From Bacteroidota bacterium (GTDB lineage: Bacteria > Bacteroidota > Bacteroidia > UKL13-3): a stretch of DNA of 64,000 nucleotides. The stretch lies in contig CANHGM010000002.1 in NCBI GenBank assembly GCA_947460345.1, forward strand, positions 113,504 through 177,503, given 5' to 3'. Positions 29,752-39,377 of the stretch are shown piece after piece (the stretch's first letter is position 1; each line of letters starts with the position of its first letter). The translations under genes were made by a program, and so were the position numbers. The notes under the pieces were generated by a model. That model was not told the origin of the DNA, did no database searches, and was given only the letters and a program-made list of their open reading frames with translations.

Positions 29752-30201
29752 ATGAAAAAATTAATTATTATATATATATTGAGTTTGTTGTATACATTAA
29801 ATATATATGCTCAAGAAAATAAAATTGAGTCGTTGCGTATAGCATATTTAACTAAGAGACTGTCTTTGTCTCCTGATGAAGCCAAATTGTTTTGGCCTTT
29901 ATATGATCAATATAAAAAAGAAAATCAAGATTTACGCATTAAGTATAAATATGCTTTGAAACTAGAACCTGAAGAATTAGCTTTAAAAAGTGAAGCCGAA
30001 GCAGCTAAGATTATTACAGAAATTATTTCATTTAAACAGGCTCAAATAGACTTAACTAAAAGGTATGTTATAGAGTTTAATAAGGCTATTTCGAAGAAAA
30101 AAATTGCATTGTTATATAAAGCAGAAGAAGATTTTAAGAAAGAGCTAATCAAAAGACTTCAAAAAAACGGTAAAACAAAACCTAGTATAGGGGAGGATTA
30201 A
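29752..30201 (+). CDS. Secreted helical periplasmic protein (Spy/CpxP-like LTxxQ-type stress protein candidate)
   Basis: Start taken at ATG 29752. Signal peptide MKKLIIIYILSLLYTLNIYAQ, followed by a K/E-rich helical region with a LTKRLSLSPDEAKLFWPLYDQY motif. Confidence 0.35.
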   Translation: MKKLIIIYILSLLYTLNIYAQENKIESLRIAYLTKRLSLSPDEAKLFWPLYDQYKKENQDLRIKYKYALKLEPEELALKSEAEAAKIITEIISFKQAQIDLTKRYVIEFNKAISKKKIALLYKAEEDFKKELIKRLQKNGKTKPSIGED

Positions 30202-30488
30202 TTTTGGTTAAATACGGCTACTTTTCTGTTTATATATTTCCCGTTTAGATAGATATTTAGAGTATATATGCATCTTGAGACATCAACTGAATTCATTCGA
30301 AATGGAAGACTTCTTTCCATAGGCCTGCTTACCCAACCTCCAGTTTTAGTTACATCATATCTTCCGGTGTCTGATAGCGTTAATAATTTAGTTGATATTA
30401 CAATATATATTAGCACTTAGTAAGAATTTTGAATCTTTTGTTTATTAAAAACAAAATAGAATTACTTTTGCGACAGTATAAAATTATC

Positions 30489-31691
30489 ATGTTAGAAAAC
30501 GAATTGTTATTACAAATAGCCAAAGACTATGGGACTCCGGTTTATGTATATGAGTCTGAAAAAATTATTCATCAATACCAAACCCTTAAAAATGCTTTTA
30601 GTGAAGTTGATGTCCAAATCAAATATGCATGTAAGGCTCTTAATAATCTCAATATTCTAAAGCTATTGAAACAACAAGGAGCAGGGCTTGATGTGGTTTC
30701 TATTGAAGAAGCTGAGCTTGGCTTAATGGCTGGGTTTACTGCTGAAGAAATCTTATTTACCCCAAATTGTGTTTCATTTGATGAAATTAAAAAAGGGGTT
30801 GAGATGGGTATCTCTATTAATCTTGATAATATAAGTATGCTTGAGCAATTTGGGAATGAATATGGTAATTCTGTGCCATGTTGCATTAGACTTAACCCGC
30901 ATATAGTTGCTGGTGGGAATAAAAATATTCAAACAGGACATATAGATTCTAAGTTTGGAATTTCTATTTACCAACTTCGTCATATACTTAGGGTGGTTAA
31001 ATCGGCTAACATACATGTCAATGGTCTGCATATGCATACAGGTAGTGATATTTTAGATGCAGATGTGTTTTTAAGAGGAGCCGAGCTTTTGTTTGATGCT
31101 GCTGTTGATTTTCCTGATTTGGAATTTATTGATTTTGGAAGTGGTTTTAAAGTAGCCTATAAAGAAGGCGATGTAACTACAGATATTGAAGCATTAGGCA
31201 AAGCACTTTCTTCTAGATTTCTATCTTTTTGTAAACAATATGGAAAACCTTTGCAATTGTGGTTTGAACCAGGTAAATATATAGTTAGTGAGTGCGGTGT
31301 TTTATTGGTTAAAGTTAATGTATTGAAACAAACTACTGCAACTGTATTCGCAGGTGTAGATTCAGGTCAGAACCACCTAATTAGACCTATGTTTTATGAT
31401 GCATGGCATGATATAGTTAATATTTCAAACCCTGATGGTACACCACGTATATATACAGTTGTGGGTTATATATGCGAAACCGATACTTTTGGATGGGATA
31501 GAAAAATTACTGAAATAAAAGAAGGTGATGTGTTGGCTATTAAAAATGCAGGAGCCTATGGTTACACCATGAGCAATAATTATAATGCTCGTTTCAGACC
31601 AGCCGAAGTTTTAGTGGAAAATGGAAAATACCGTTTAATCAGAAAGCGTGAAGATATAAGTGATTTGATTAGAAACGTAGTGATGGATTAA
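30489..31691 (+). CDS. lysA: Diaminopimelate decarboxylase
   Basis: Start at ATG 30489 (MLENELL...). Fold-III PLP decarboxylase blocks: GTPVYVYE, KYACKALNN, HMHTGSDI, GYICETD, EPGKY, and the C-terminal AGAYGYTMSNNYN. Confidence 0.85.
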   Translation: MLENELLLQIAKDYGTPVYVYESEKIIHQYQTLKNAFSEVDVQIKYACKALNNLNILKLLKQQGAGLDVVSIEEAELGLMAGFTAEEILFTPNCVSFDEIKKGVEMGISINLDNISMLEQFGNEYGNSVPCCIRLNPHIVAGGNKNIQTGHIDSKFGISIYQLRHILRVVKSANIHVNGLHMHTGSDILDADVFLRGAELLFDAAVDFPDLEFIDFGSGFKVAYKEGDVTTDIEALGKALSSRFLSFCKQYGKPLQLWFEPGKYIVSECGVLLVKVNVLKQTTATVFAGVDSGQNHLIRPMFYDAWHDIVNISNPDGTPRIYTVVGYICETDTFGWDRKITEIKEGDVLAIKNAGAYGYTMSNNYNARFRPAEVLVENGKYRLIRKREDISDLIRNVVMD

Positions 31692-32107
31692 TCATACTTT
31701 TTAGTATAAATCATCCCATCGAATTTAATTTTTTGCTTTTCTATTTCTAATTCACTTTTTGTGAATGGACCTGACACATCTTCATTGTTCAAGCTTGTTT
31801 CTTTTTTCATATCAACAATATAGTATGCTATGCTGTCATAGTTTGGTTTATCCATTTCAAATTCGTAAAACACTCTTTTAACTATTATATATCTATAATT
31901 ATATTTAATTTCAGAAACAAAAGGTTCTATTTTTATATGACCACCAGTTTCCCAGTTATTATCAGCGTAACAAAGTTTTCTGTTAAAATTTTGGTCAATC
32001 CAAATAATATTGTATCTACCTCTTATGGTTTCTCCTCCGCTATCAAATACGTTGCATGAATTTTGAAAAACAATACATGTTGCAATGTATAAAAATAGTT
32101 TTCTCAT
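31688..32107 (-). CDS. Hypothetical lipoprotein
   Basis: 139 aa with a signal peptide ending in a Cys (MRKLFLYIATCIVFQNSC). Converges on lysA with a 4-nt overlap. Confidence 0.35.
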   Translation of the reverse strand: MRKLFLYIATCIVFQNSCNVFDSGGETIRGRYNIIWIDQNFNRKLCYADNNWETGGHIKIEPFVSEIKYNYRYIIVKRVFYEFEMDKPNYDSIAYYIVDMKKETSLNNEDVSGPFTKSELEIEKQKIKFDGMIYTKKYD

Positions 32108-32218
32108 TAATCAGGTTAGATACATCAAATATAATCTAAAATATTTCAAACGCACATTGCTCATTTCAACTTTTTCATTCATGTTTATTGCTTAACTTCG
32201 CAGCCATTTTTATAACAT

Positions 32219-32569
32219 ATGTATATTTCAGTATTAAAGTCTAAAATTCACCGCGTTAAGCTTACTCAAACCGAACTTCATTACGTAGGTAGTATTACCA
32301 TAGACGAAGATTTAATGGATGCTGCGGGCATTATAGAAAACGAAAAAGTACAGGTACTTAACGTAAACAATGGTGAACGCTTAGAAACTTATGTCATTAA
32401 AGGTATTCGTAAATCAGGGCAAGTTTGTTTAAACGGACCAGCTGCAAGAATGGCTGCTGTAGGCGATGTAGTTATTGTAATTTCATATGCAATGATGAGT
32501 ATAGAAGAAGCAAAAGCTTTTAAACCCATTGCAATTTTTCCTGATGAACAAAACAAACTTATAGGTTGA
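32219..32569 (+). CDS. panD: Aspartate 1-decarboxylase
   Basis: 116 aa beginning [38 protein letters not shown], including the self-cleavage Gly-Ser (YVGSIT) site. Classic PanD. Confidence 0.92.
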   Translation: MYISVLKSKIHRVKLTQTELHYVGSITIDEDLMDAAGIIENEKVQVLNVNNGERLETYVIKGIRKSGQVCLNGPAARMAAVGDVVIVISYAMMSIEEAKAFKPIAIFPDEQNKLIG

Positions 32570-33564
32570 ATAAATCTGTAAAGAATACCATTAAATATAT
32601 AATATTTCTCTTATTAGGGATTTTATTGGTTTGGTTGGTTTTTAGAAATCAAAACAAAGAAGAAATGCTGAATGGCATTAAAAATACGAATTGGTTTTGG
32701 ATTTTATTTTCTATGTTTTTTGGAGTACTTAGTGTTTGGCTCAGAGCTAAAAGATGGTTACAAATGTTAAAACCTATGGGTTATGAGCCATCTGTCTCAA
32801 ATGCATTTTATAGTGTTGCTATAGGTTACTTTGTAAACTATGGCGTGCCCAGGGCTGGAGAGTTAAGTAGATGTGCTACTTTGCTTAAAACAGATGATGT
32901 GCCTGCTGAGAAGTCGCTTGGCACCGTGGTGGCCGAAAGGATTATTGATTTAATTATATTAATGGCATTAGTGCTCATTGCCTTTATACTTCAATTTGAT
33001 CAATTAACACAGCTGTTTAAAGACCTTCAAAACAATGGCAGTAACAATACGCAATCATCTAGTTTGAGTATTTATATATATATAAGTTTGGGATTGTTGG
33101 TGTTGACTATAATGATGTTTATTGTATTTAGAAAACGTTTGACACAATTACACTTAGTACAAAAAATAATTGCTATGTTTAAAGGCTTTGTTAGTGGACT
33201 ATCAAGCATTTCAAAAGTAGAAAACAAATGGTCATTTGCCTTATATAGTATATCTATTTGGGGTTGTTATTTGTTGATGATGTATACCTCTTTTTTAAGT
33301 TATCCTGCAACTTCGCACTTAGGTTTTGCCGAAGCTATAACTACACAAGCAGTAGGCACTTTTGGAATTGTTGTGCCAGTTCCTGGTGGTGGGGCAGGGG
33401 CGTTTCATTATTTTATTTCACAAGGATTAACTATATTTGGCGTACCTGAAACTGAAGGTAAAATATTTGCAACAATTGTTCACGCATCACAAATGTTGAT
33501 GTTTGTTGTTGTTGGCATATTTAGTTTTATTATGATTAACAGAAGTACAAAAAAAACTGTATGA
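32566..33564 (+). CDS. Lysylphosphatidylglycerol-synthase-like transmembrane-domain (UPF0104) membrane protein
   Basis: 332 aa with about 8 TM helices. The panD-adjacent position is typical for this family in Bacteroidota. Confidence 0.45.
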   Translation: MNKSVKNTIKYIIFLLLGILLVWLVFRNQNKEEMLNGIKNTNWFWILFSMFFGVLSVWLRAKRWLQMLKPMGYEPSVSNAFYSVAIGYFVNYGVPRAGELSRCATLLKTDDVPAEKSLGTVVAERIIDLIILMALVLIAFILQFDQLTQLFKDLQNNGSNNTQSSSLSIYIYISLGLLVLTIMMFIVFRKRLTQLHLVQKIIAMFKGFVSGLSSISKVENKWSFALYSISIWGCYLLMMYTSFLSYPATSHLGFAEAITTQAVGTFGIVVPVPGGGAGAFHYFISQGLTIFGVPETEGKIFATIVHASQMLMFVVVGIFSFIMINRSTKKTV

Positions 33565-34052
33565 TTGCTCAAGACATTCTTTTAAAAATAAGAAATAAAC
33601 AAACTATACTTCCTTTGATTTCAATATGGAATCAAGAACATAAAAAAATTGTATTTACGAATGGTTGCTTTGATTTGATACACAGGGGGCATGTGGACTA
33701 TCTAGCTAAAGCCAGAGACATGGGTGATAAGTTAATAGTGGCTTTAAACACAGACAAATCGGTAAGTGATATTAAAGGACCCAATAGACCACTTCAAGAT
33801 GAACAATCACGTTTACAAATTATGGCATCCTTTCAGTTTGTTGATGCGGTTTTGTTGTTTGATGAGCCAACTCCTTATAACGTCATACAATTAATTCAGC
33901 CTGATATATTAGTCAAAGGGGCTGATTATATACCTGAAAACATTGTAGGATACGATATAGTTATGGCAAAAGGCGGTGAAGTTAAAACCATAGAATTTTT
34001 GCCCGGATATTCTACATCTTTAATAGAACAGAAAATTAAAAGCCAACAATAA
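33561..34052 (+). CDS. D-glycero-beta-D-manno-heptose 1-phosphate adenylyltransferase (RfaE domain II-type cytidylyltransferase)
   Basis: 163 aa with the nucleotidyltransferase motif VFTNGCFDLIHRGHVDYL and the downstream VDAVLLFDEPTP block. Confidence 0.7.
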   Translation: MIAQDILLKIRNKQTILPLISIWNQEHKKIVFTNGCFDLIHRGHVDYLAKARDMGDKLIVALNTDKSVSDIKGPNRPLQDEQSRLQIMASFQFVDAVLLFDEPTPYNVIQLIQPDILVKGADYIPENIVGYDIVMAKGGEVKTIEFLPGYSTSLIEQKIKSQQ

Positions 34053-35170
34053 TGGTTATAGCTGTCAATTGCAGACTTCTATTGCACAATAAGCTCGAAG
34101 GCATTGGGCGTTATATGCATGAGACGTTGCAATTATTGGTAAAGCAGAACCCGCAACATCAATTTGTATTTATTTTCGACAGACCTTGGCATCAGCAATT
34201 TATTTATGCTGATAATGTTATTCCAGTTAGTGTTTTTCCACAAGCTAGGCATCCTTTATTATACTATTGGTGGTTTAATTTTAGTATTCCAAAAATACTA
34301 GAAAAATATAACGCTGATATTTTTTTATCGCCTGATGGATATTTAAGCTTACGCACTTCAATTCCACAAATCCCCATTATTCACGATCTGGCATTCGAAC
34401 ATTTTCCTGATGGGATAAGTAAAAGTGAATTGTTTTATTATAAAACATTTTTTCCAAGATATGCTCAGTTGGCTAGAAAAATTATTACAGTTTCAGAATT
34501 TAGCAAATCTGATATTCAAAAATTATATAAGATTGAGGGATCAAAAATTTTAGTTTCATGTAACGCTGCTTCTCAATCTTTTAAATTAATAGATCAAATA
34601 AGTGTTAAAAAAGTAAGAGATAAATACACTGCTGGGCAACCATATTTTTTATTTGTGGGAGCACTGCATCCACGAAAAAATTTGAGCAATTTGTTGCTTG
34701 CTTTCGATTATATAAAGAGACAATATAAAATCCCTCACAAACTAGTAGTTGTTGGTAGAGCAGCCTGGAAAACAGGGCCTATGAAAGATATATATAACGA
34801 AATGCAATCTAAATCAGATGTGGTGTTTACAGGAAGGTTAAGTGAACAAGAATTATGTGAGGTTACAGCTGCTGCATTTGTCATGTGTTATGTGTCATTA
34901 TTCGAAGGATTTGGTATACCTATTTTAGAAGCTATGCAATGTGGAGTGCCTGTTATCACTTCTAATACCAGCTCGATGCCTGAAGTGGCAGGAGATGCTG
35001 CACTTGTAGCTGATCCAATATCACCAACACAAATTGGAGAGGCTATGCTCAAATTGATTAATGATGACACATTAAGAGCTAATTTAATTACCAAAGGCTT
35101 TGAAAGAGCCAAAATATATACTTGGGAAAGAGCAACAAAAGTGATTGAAGAGGCTTTGTCTTTACGTTAG
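34052..35170 (+). CDS. Glycosyltransferase family 4 (GT-B) protein
   Basis: 372 aa with a C-terminal GT1/GT4 domain carrying the EGFGIPILEAMQCGVPVI motif. Confidence 0.75.
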   Translation: MVIAVNCRLLLHNKLEGIGRYMHETLQLLVKQNPQHQFVFIFDRPWHQQFIYADNVIPVSVFPQARHPLLYYWWFNFSIPKILEKYNADIFLSPDGYLSLRTSIPQIPIIHDLAFEHFPDGISKSELFYYKTFFPRYAQLARKIITVSEFSKSDIQKLYKIEGSKILVSCNAASQSFKLIDQISVKKVRDKYTAGQPYFLFVGALHPRKNLSNLLLAFDYIKRQYKIPHKLVVVGRAAWKTGPMKDIYNEMQSKSDVVFTGRLSEQELCEVTAAAFVMCYVSLFEGFGIPILEAMQCGVPVITSNTSSMPEVAGDAALVADPISPTQIGEAMLKLINDDTLRANLITKGFERAKIYTWERATKVIEEALSLR

Positions 35171-36343
35171 TATTTTATTTTTTGTTAAAATTGAATGAAG
35201 TGTATATACAAATGCCATCACGATAAAAGGGCTCACTGGTGCTATATATCTGCATATAGAAAATGAAACAGTAGCAATAAGGTTAAAGTATAATATAACA
35301 CAACAAATTATCAATAGGTTTGCATTTATACTTCTTTTAAAAGTTTGATATATTAGTTGAAAAATAAAGGTCAATAGGAATAATACATTAAAAATAAGTA
35401 TATATATATCATACACTCCACTGTCTGTTTTATACCAACTTTCTATGAATTTTTGACTATATAATTTAATAGTAGAAAAAGGCAAATGTATCAAATTGTT
35501 ATACATTTCTTTTATATATACAAATGTAAAATCGCTTTTTACTTGTGCGGTATGTGCAATTAGATATTGTGCTGATTCATTGTCTGCATGTCTTTTGAGC
35601 CCATCAATTGTAGTTCTTTGTAAATAATATTCATTTACAGATGAATTGCTTAATAAATATATAAATGCAAACCCTGAGAAACTGATTGCAATAATATATA
35701 TTAATTGTTTCCAAGGAGTTTTGTTATATGCAAATGGAAGAATGAGAAATGGGGTGATATATAAACTAAGCATGCGAGTCTCAGTACTTAGCAGAATTAA
35801 AATGATACTTATTAAATAGTATAGATATGAGAATGATTTGAAACTTATTAAATAGAAATACATCCCCGCTATAAAAAACAAACTAAACAAACTCTCGGCC
35901 CCATAGGTAGCAGGCATTAAAACAAACAGAGGATAAAAAATCAAGATCCATAAAGAAATATAGTGGATTTGTTTTTTAGTAGAAATGAGTTCAAATATTT
36001 TTTTTGAGAAATACAATACTGCAATAAGCAATATTGTGTTAATCATAAAAACCCAAGCTTGATTACCACCCAAAAAAACAATAAAAGCCAATACATATAT
36101 ATACAGTGGAGGCATGGTGCCAAATCTGTTTATTAGCCCGTCAGGTATAAACGCTATCGGATTATGTAAGGCAAAAAAAGTGGTGTTTTTAGACTGAATA
36201 TTAAGAGCATTTGGCCAATATACTTTTTCAAAATCTACAGATGGTTTGGGTTTGAATCCACAATAAATAAAAATTTGGACAAGTATAAAGGCAAAAATAA
36301 TAACTTTAAACTGGTATATATATTTTAGTAAAAAATGATACAT
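35162..36343 (-). CDS. Polytopic membrane protein, putative GT-C type (ArnT/PMT-like) glycosyltransferase
   Basis: About 393 aa from ATG 36343, an internal start chosen to avoid overlap with lysS. More than 10 TM helices. Part of the glycosyltransferase cluster. Confidence 0.35.
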   Translation of the reverse strand: MYHFLLKYIYQFKVIIFAFILVQIFIYCGFKPKPSVDFEKVYWPNALNIQSKNTTFFALHNPIAFIPDGLINRFGTMPPLYIYVLAFIVFLGGNQAWVFMINTILLIAVLYFSKKIFELISTKKQIHYISLWILIFYPLFVLMPATYGAESLFSLFFIAGMYFYLISFKSFSYLYYLISIILILLSTETRMLSLYITPFLILPFAYNKTPWKQLIYIIAISFSGFAFIYLLSNSSVNEYYLQRTTIDGLKRHADNESAQYLIAHTAQVKSDFTFVYIKEMYNNLIHLPFSTIKLYSQKFIESWYKTDSGVYDIYILIFNVLFLLTFIFQLIYQTFKRSINANLLIICCVILYFNLIATVSFSICRYIAPVSPFIVMAFVYTLHSILTKNKILT

Positions 36344-36360
36344 ACGCCAGACATATAATG

Positions 36361-37866
36361 TTATTGTTCTGCTTTCATTTGAGGGAAGAACAACACATCT
36401 TGTATAGAAGGTTGATTGGTCATGATCATGCAAAGTCTATCAATACCAATTCCTAAGCCAGCTGTTGGTGGCATGCCATATTCTAAAGCTCTTAAGAAAT
36501 CTTCATCAAGAACCATTGCTTCATCATCACCACGTTTTCCAAGTTCTAGTTGCTCAGCAAAACGTTCACGTTGATCGATTGGGTCGTTTAATTCGCTAAA
36601 CGCATTGCAAATTTCTTTTCCATTACAAATAGCCTCAAAACGTTCAACTAAACCTGGTTTGCTTCTGTGCTTTTTAGCCAACGGACTCATCTCTACAGGA
36701 TAATCAGTGATAAAAGTTGGTTGTATAAGTTTTGGTTCACAATGCTCACCAAAAATTTCATCTATAATCTTACCTCTTCCCATGGTTGGGTCAACACCTA
36801 CTTTCAGAGTTTTACAAGCTTCACGCATTTGTTCTTCATTCATTTCACTGATATCTATTCCAGTAAAATGTTCAATGGCTTCATACATGGTATATCTTTT
36901 CCATGGGCGTTGAAAGTTGATGATGTTTTCACCTACTTGCACTTCAGTGGTTCCATGTATATCTATAGCCACTTTCTCTACCATGGTTTCTACTAGATCC
37001 ATCATCCATTCATAATCTTTGTAGGCTACATATAATTCTATTTGAGTAAATTCAGGATTGTGAAAACGACTCATACCTTCGTTTCTAAAATCTTTAGAGA
37101 ATTCATATACCCCATCAAATCCACCAACAATCAATCTTTTAAGATAAAGTTCGTTTGCTATACGTAGATATAAAGTCATATCTAGGGTATTGTGATGCGT
37201 TTTAAACGGACGAGCAGCAGCTCCACCATACAACGGTTGAAGGATAGGAGTTTCAACTTCTAAATAGCCTTTGTCATTTAAGTAATTACGCATGCTATTC
37301 ACTAAAGTTGTACGTTTTCTAAATACTTCTCTTATATGAGGATTCACAATCAAATCGGCATAACGTTGACGGTATCTAAATTCAGAATCAGTAACAGCGT
37401 CAAATGTTTCACCTTCTTTTTCTTTTACAATTGGAAGCGGTTTTAAAGCTTTAGAAAGCACTTTAAATTCAGTAACATGAATTGAAGTTTCACCGGTTTG
37501 AGTAGTGAATACGTAGCCTTTTACACCAACTATATCGCCGATGTCTAGTAATTTTTTAAAAACTGTATTATATAAAGTTTTGTCTTCACCAGGGCAAATC
37601 TCATCACGTTTTATATATATCTGAATCTTTTCTGAAGCATCTTGTAACACTGCAAATGCGGCTGAACCCATGATCCTTATAGTCATGATTCTACCAGCAA
37701 TACTTACATTTTTATAGTCAATTTTATTGTTTTCGTAATTGGTGTTTATATCGGCAGCACTCACATTCACTTCCCATAACTCAGCAGGGTATGGGTTGAT
37801 GCCTAATTTGTGAAATTCTTCTAGTTTCTGTCTTCTAACAATTTCTTGTTCTGATAATTGATGCAT
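36361..37866 (-). CDS. lysS: Lysine--tRNA ligase (class II)
   Basis: 501 aa. Has the N-terminal OB anticodon-binding domain and the class II motifs [20 protein letters not shown] and [19 protein letters not shown]. Confidence 0.95.
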   Translation of the reverse strand: MHQLSEQEIVRRQKLEEFHKLGINPYPAELWEVNVSAADINTNYENNKIDYKNVSIAGRIMTIRIMGSAAFAVLQDASEKIQIYIKRDEICPGEDKTLYNTVFKKLLDIGDIVGVKGYVFTTQTGETSIHVTEFKVLSKALKPLPIVKEKEGETFDAVTDSEFRYRQRYADLIVNPHIREVFRKRTTLVNSMRNYLNDKGYLEVETPILQPLYGGAAARPFKTHHNTLDMTLYLRIANELYLKRLIVGGFDGVYEFSKDFRNEGMSRFHNPEFTQIELYVAYKDYEWMMDLVETMVEKVAIDIHGTTEVQVGENIINFQRPWKRYTMYEAIEHFTGIDISEMNEEQMREACKTLKVGVDPTMGRGKIIDEIFGEHCEPKLIQPTFITDYPVEMSPLAKKHRSKPGLVERFEAICNGKEICNAFSELNDPIDQRERFAEQLELGKRGDDEAMVLDEDFLRALEYGMPPTAGLGIGIDRLCMIMTNQPSIQDVLFFPQMKAEQ

Positions 37867-38001
37867 AAAAGTAAAGTGTAATTTTGTAAAGCAGCAAATA
37901 TAAGGTTTATGAATTATTGATAAGAATGAAAGAAAAAATAGAAGACAAGTACTAAAATATTGTTAAAAAGTTTTAGGAATACTGAAGTAAGCGTATATAT
38001 A

Positions 38002-39306
38002 CTAAGGGTTTAGGGCTTTTTTATATACAACCAAACATCTATCTCTACTTGACTTTAAATCAACAATTGGACTTGTGTAATTTTTAGTGCCAAATTCAGG
38101 GACCCATTTTTTTATATAAACCTGTTGTGGGTCAAATTTCTCAGCTTGAAGTATTGGATTAAAAACCCTGAAATATGGTGCTGCATCTGTTCCACATCCT
38201 GCAGCCCATTGCCAACCACCATTGTTACTGGCTAACTCAAAGTCTAATAGTTTTTGAGCAAAATAGGCTTCACCCCATCGCCAATCTATTAAAAGGTTTT
38301 TAGTTAAAAAAGAAGCAACTATCATTCTTACTCTGTTGTGCATATAACCAGTTTGGTTAAGTTCTCGCATACCCGCATCTATAATCGGAATTCCAGTTTG
38401 CCCTTCACACCATTTAGTGAAGTCATGTTCATTATTTATCCATTCTATATTGTCATAATTGGGCTTGAAACTTTGAGTAACTACTTGAGGAAAATGCCAA
38501 AGAATTTGCATATAGAATTCACGCCAAATCAATTCATTTAAATATGTTTGATTTACTTGAAGAGCAGCCTGTGCCTTTTGCCTGATAGAAATTGTTCCAA
38601 ATCTGAAATGAATACCAAGCCTTGAAGTTCCTAAAATTGCTGGGTAGTCTCTAGTTTCAGTATAGTTTTTAATGATACTTTTGGCAACTACTACCGATGG
38701 GAATTTAATTAGGCTAGGTTCAAATCCAATTGTTTTGAGTTCTATATTGGGTAAAGGTAATGTTTTGTGAAAGTTAGATTTATATAAATTAGTTGGATAT
38801 GATTTTAAAAAGAAATTGTTAAGTGTGGCTTTCCATTTTTTACTATAAGGAGTATAAATTGTATAAGGTTTTCCATCATCTTTTATTATTTCATCTTTTT
38901 CAAAAATTACTTGGTCTTTATAGCTGTAAAATGGAATTTGTATTTTATTTAGTTTGTTCTGGATATGCGTATCTCTTTGTATGGCATAGGGCTCATAGTC
39001 GTGATTTGTATATACTGCTTTAATATTATACAAGTGAGAAAGGTGGTCAAAGGCTGAGTCAGGTGAGCCATAAAAAATATATAACGAGCTTCCCAACTTC
39101 TCAAGTTCTTTTTTAAGTTCGTGAACTGTTTGCCAAATAAAATCTACTCTTGCATCATTCTTATTTTCAATATTATCTAATATATGTTTATCAAAAATAA
39201 ATATAGGTAAAACTGGTAACTTACTTTTTAGAGCATGATAAAGAGCTGCGTTATCTTCAAGTCTTAAGTCTCGTCTAAACCAATGTATAGCAATTCTATC
39301 ATCCAT
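38002..39306 (-). CDS. Deoxyribodipyrimidine photolyase / cryptochrome family protein (DASH-like)
   Basis: 434 aa. N-terminal alpha/beta domain (IHWFRRDLRLEDNAAL) and an FAD-binding C-terminal domain (WREFY..., NNGGWQWAAGCGTDAAPYFRVFNP). Confidence 0.85.
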   Translation of the reverse strand: MDDRIAIHWFRRDLRLEDNAALYHALKSKLPVLPIFIFDKHILDNIENKNDARVDFIWQTVHELKKELEKLGSSLYIFYGSPDSAFDHLSHLYNIKAVYTNHDYEPYAIQRDTHIQNKLNKIQIPFYSYKDQVIFEKDEIIKDDGKPYTIYTPYSKKWKATLNNFFLKSYPTNLYKSNFHKTLPLPNIELKTIGFEPSLIKFPSVVVAKSIIKNYTETRDYPAILGTSRLGIHFRFGTISIRQKAQAALQVNQTYLNELIWREFYMQILWHFPQVVTQSFKPNYDNIEWINNEHDFTKWCEGQTGIPIIDAGMRELNQTGYMHNRVRMIVASFLTKNLLIDWRWGEAYFAQKLLDFELASNNGGWQWAAGCGTDAAPYFRVFNPILQAEKFDPQQVYIKKWVPEFGTKNYTSPIVDLKSSRDRCLVVYKKALNP

Positions 39307-39377
39307 AAATTCAAAACAAAAAAGATAAACAAAAGTTTAAGTTTGTTTTTTTACTATGGGAAATTGTATATGAATCT

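Noticed and set aside
30198-30416. 72-aa minus-strand ORF in the lysA leader
   Set aside because: It has no start context or recognisable domain. It overlaps a region more plausibly acting as a 5' leader or RNA element of lysA.
30202-30488. Lysine (L-box) riboswitch upstream of lysA
   Set aside because: The conserved L-box core sequences and five-helix organisation were not recognisable by eye. The region is kept only as an unexplained long leader.
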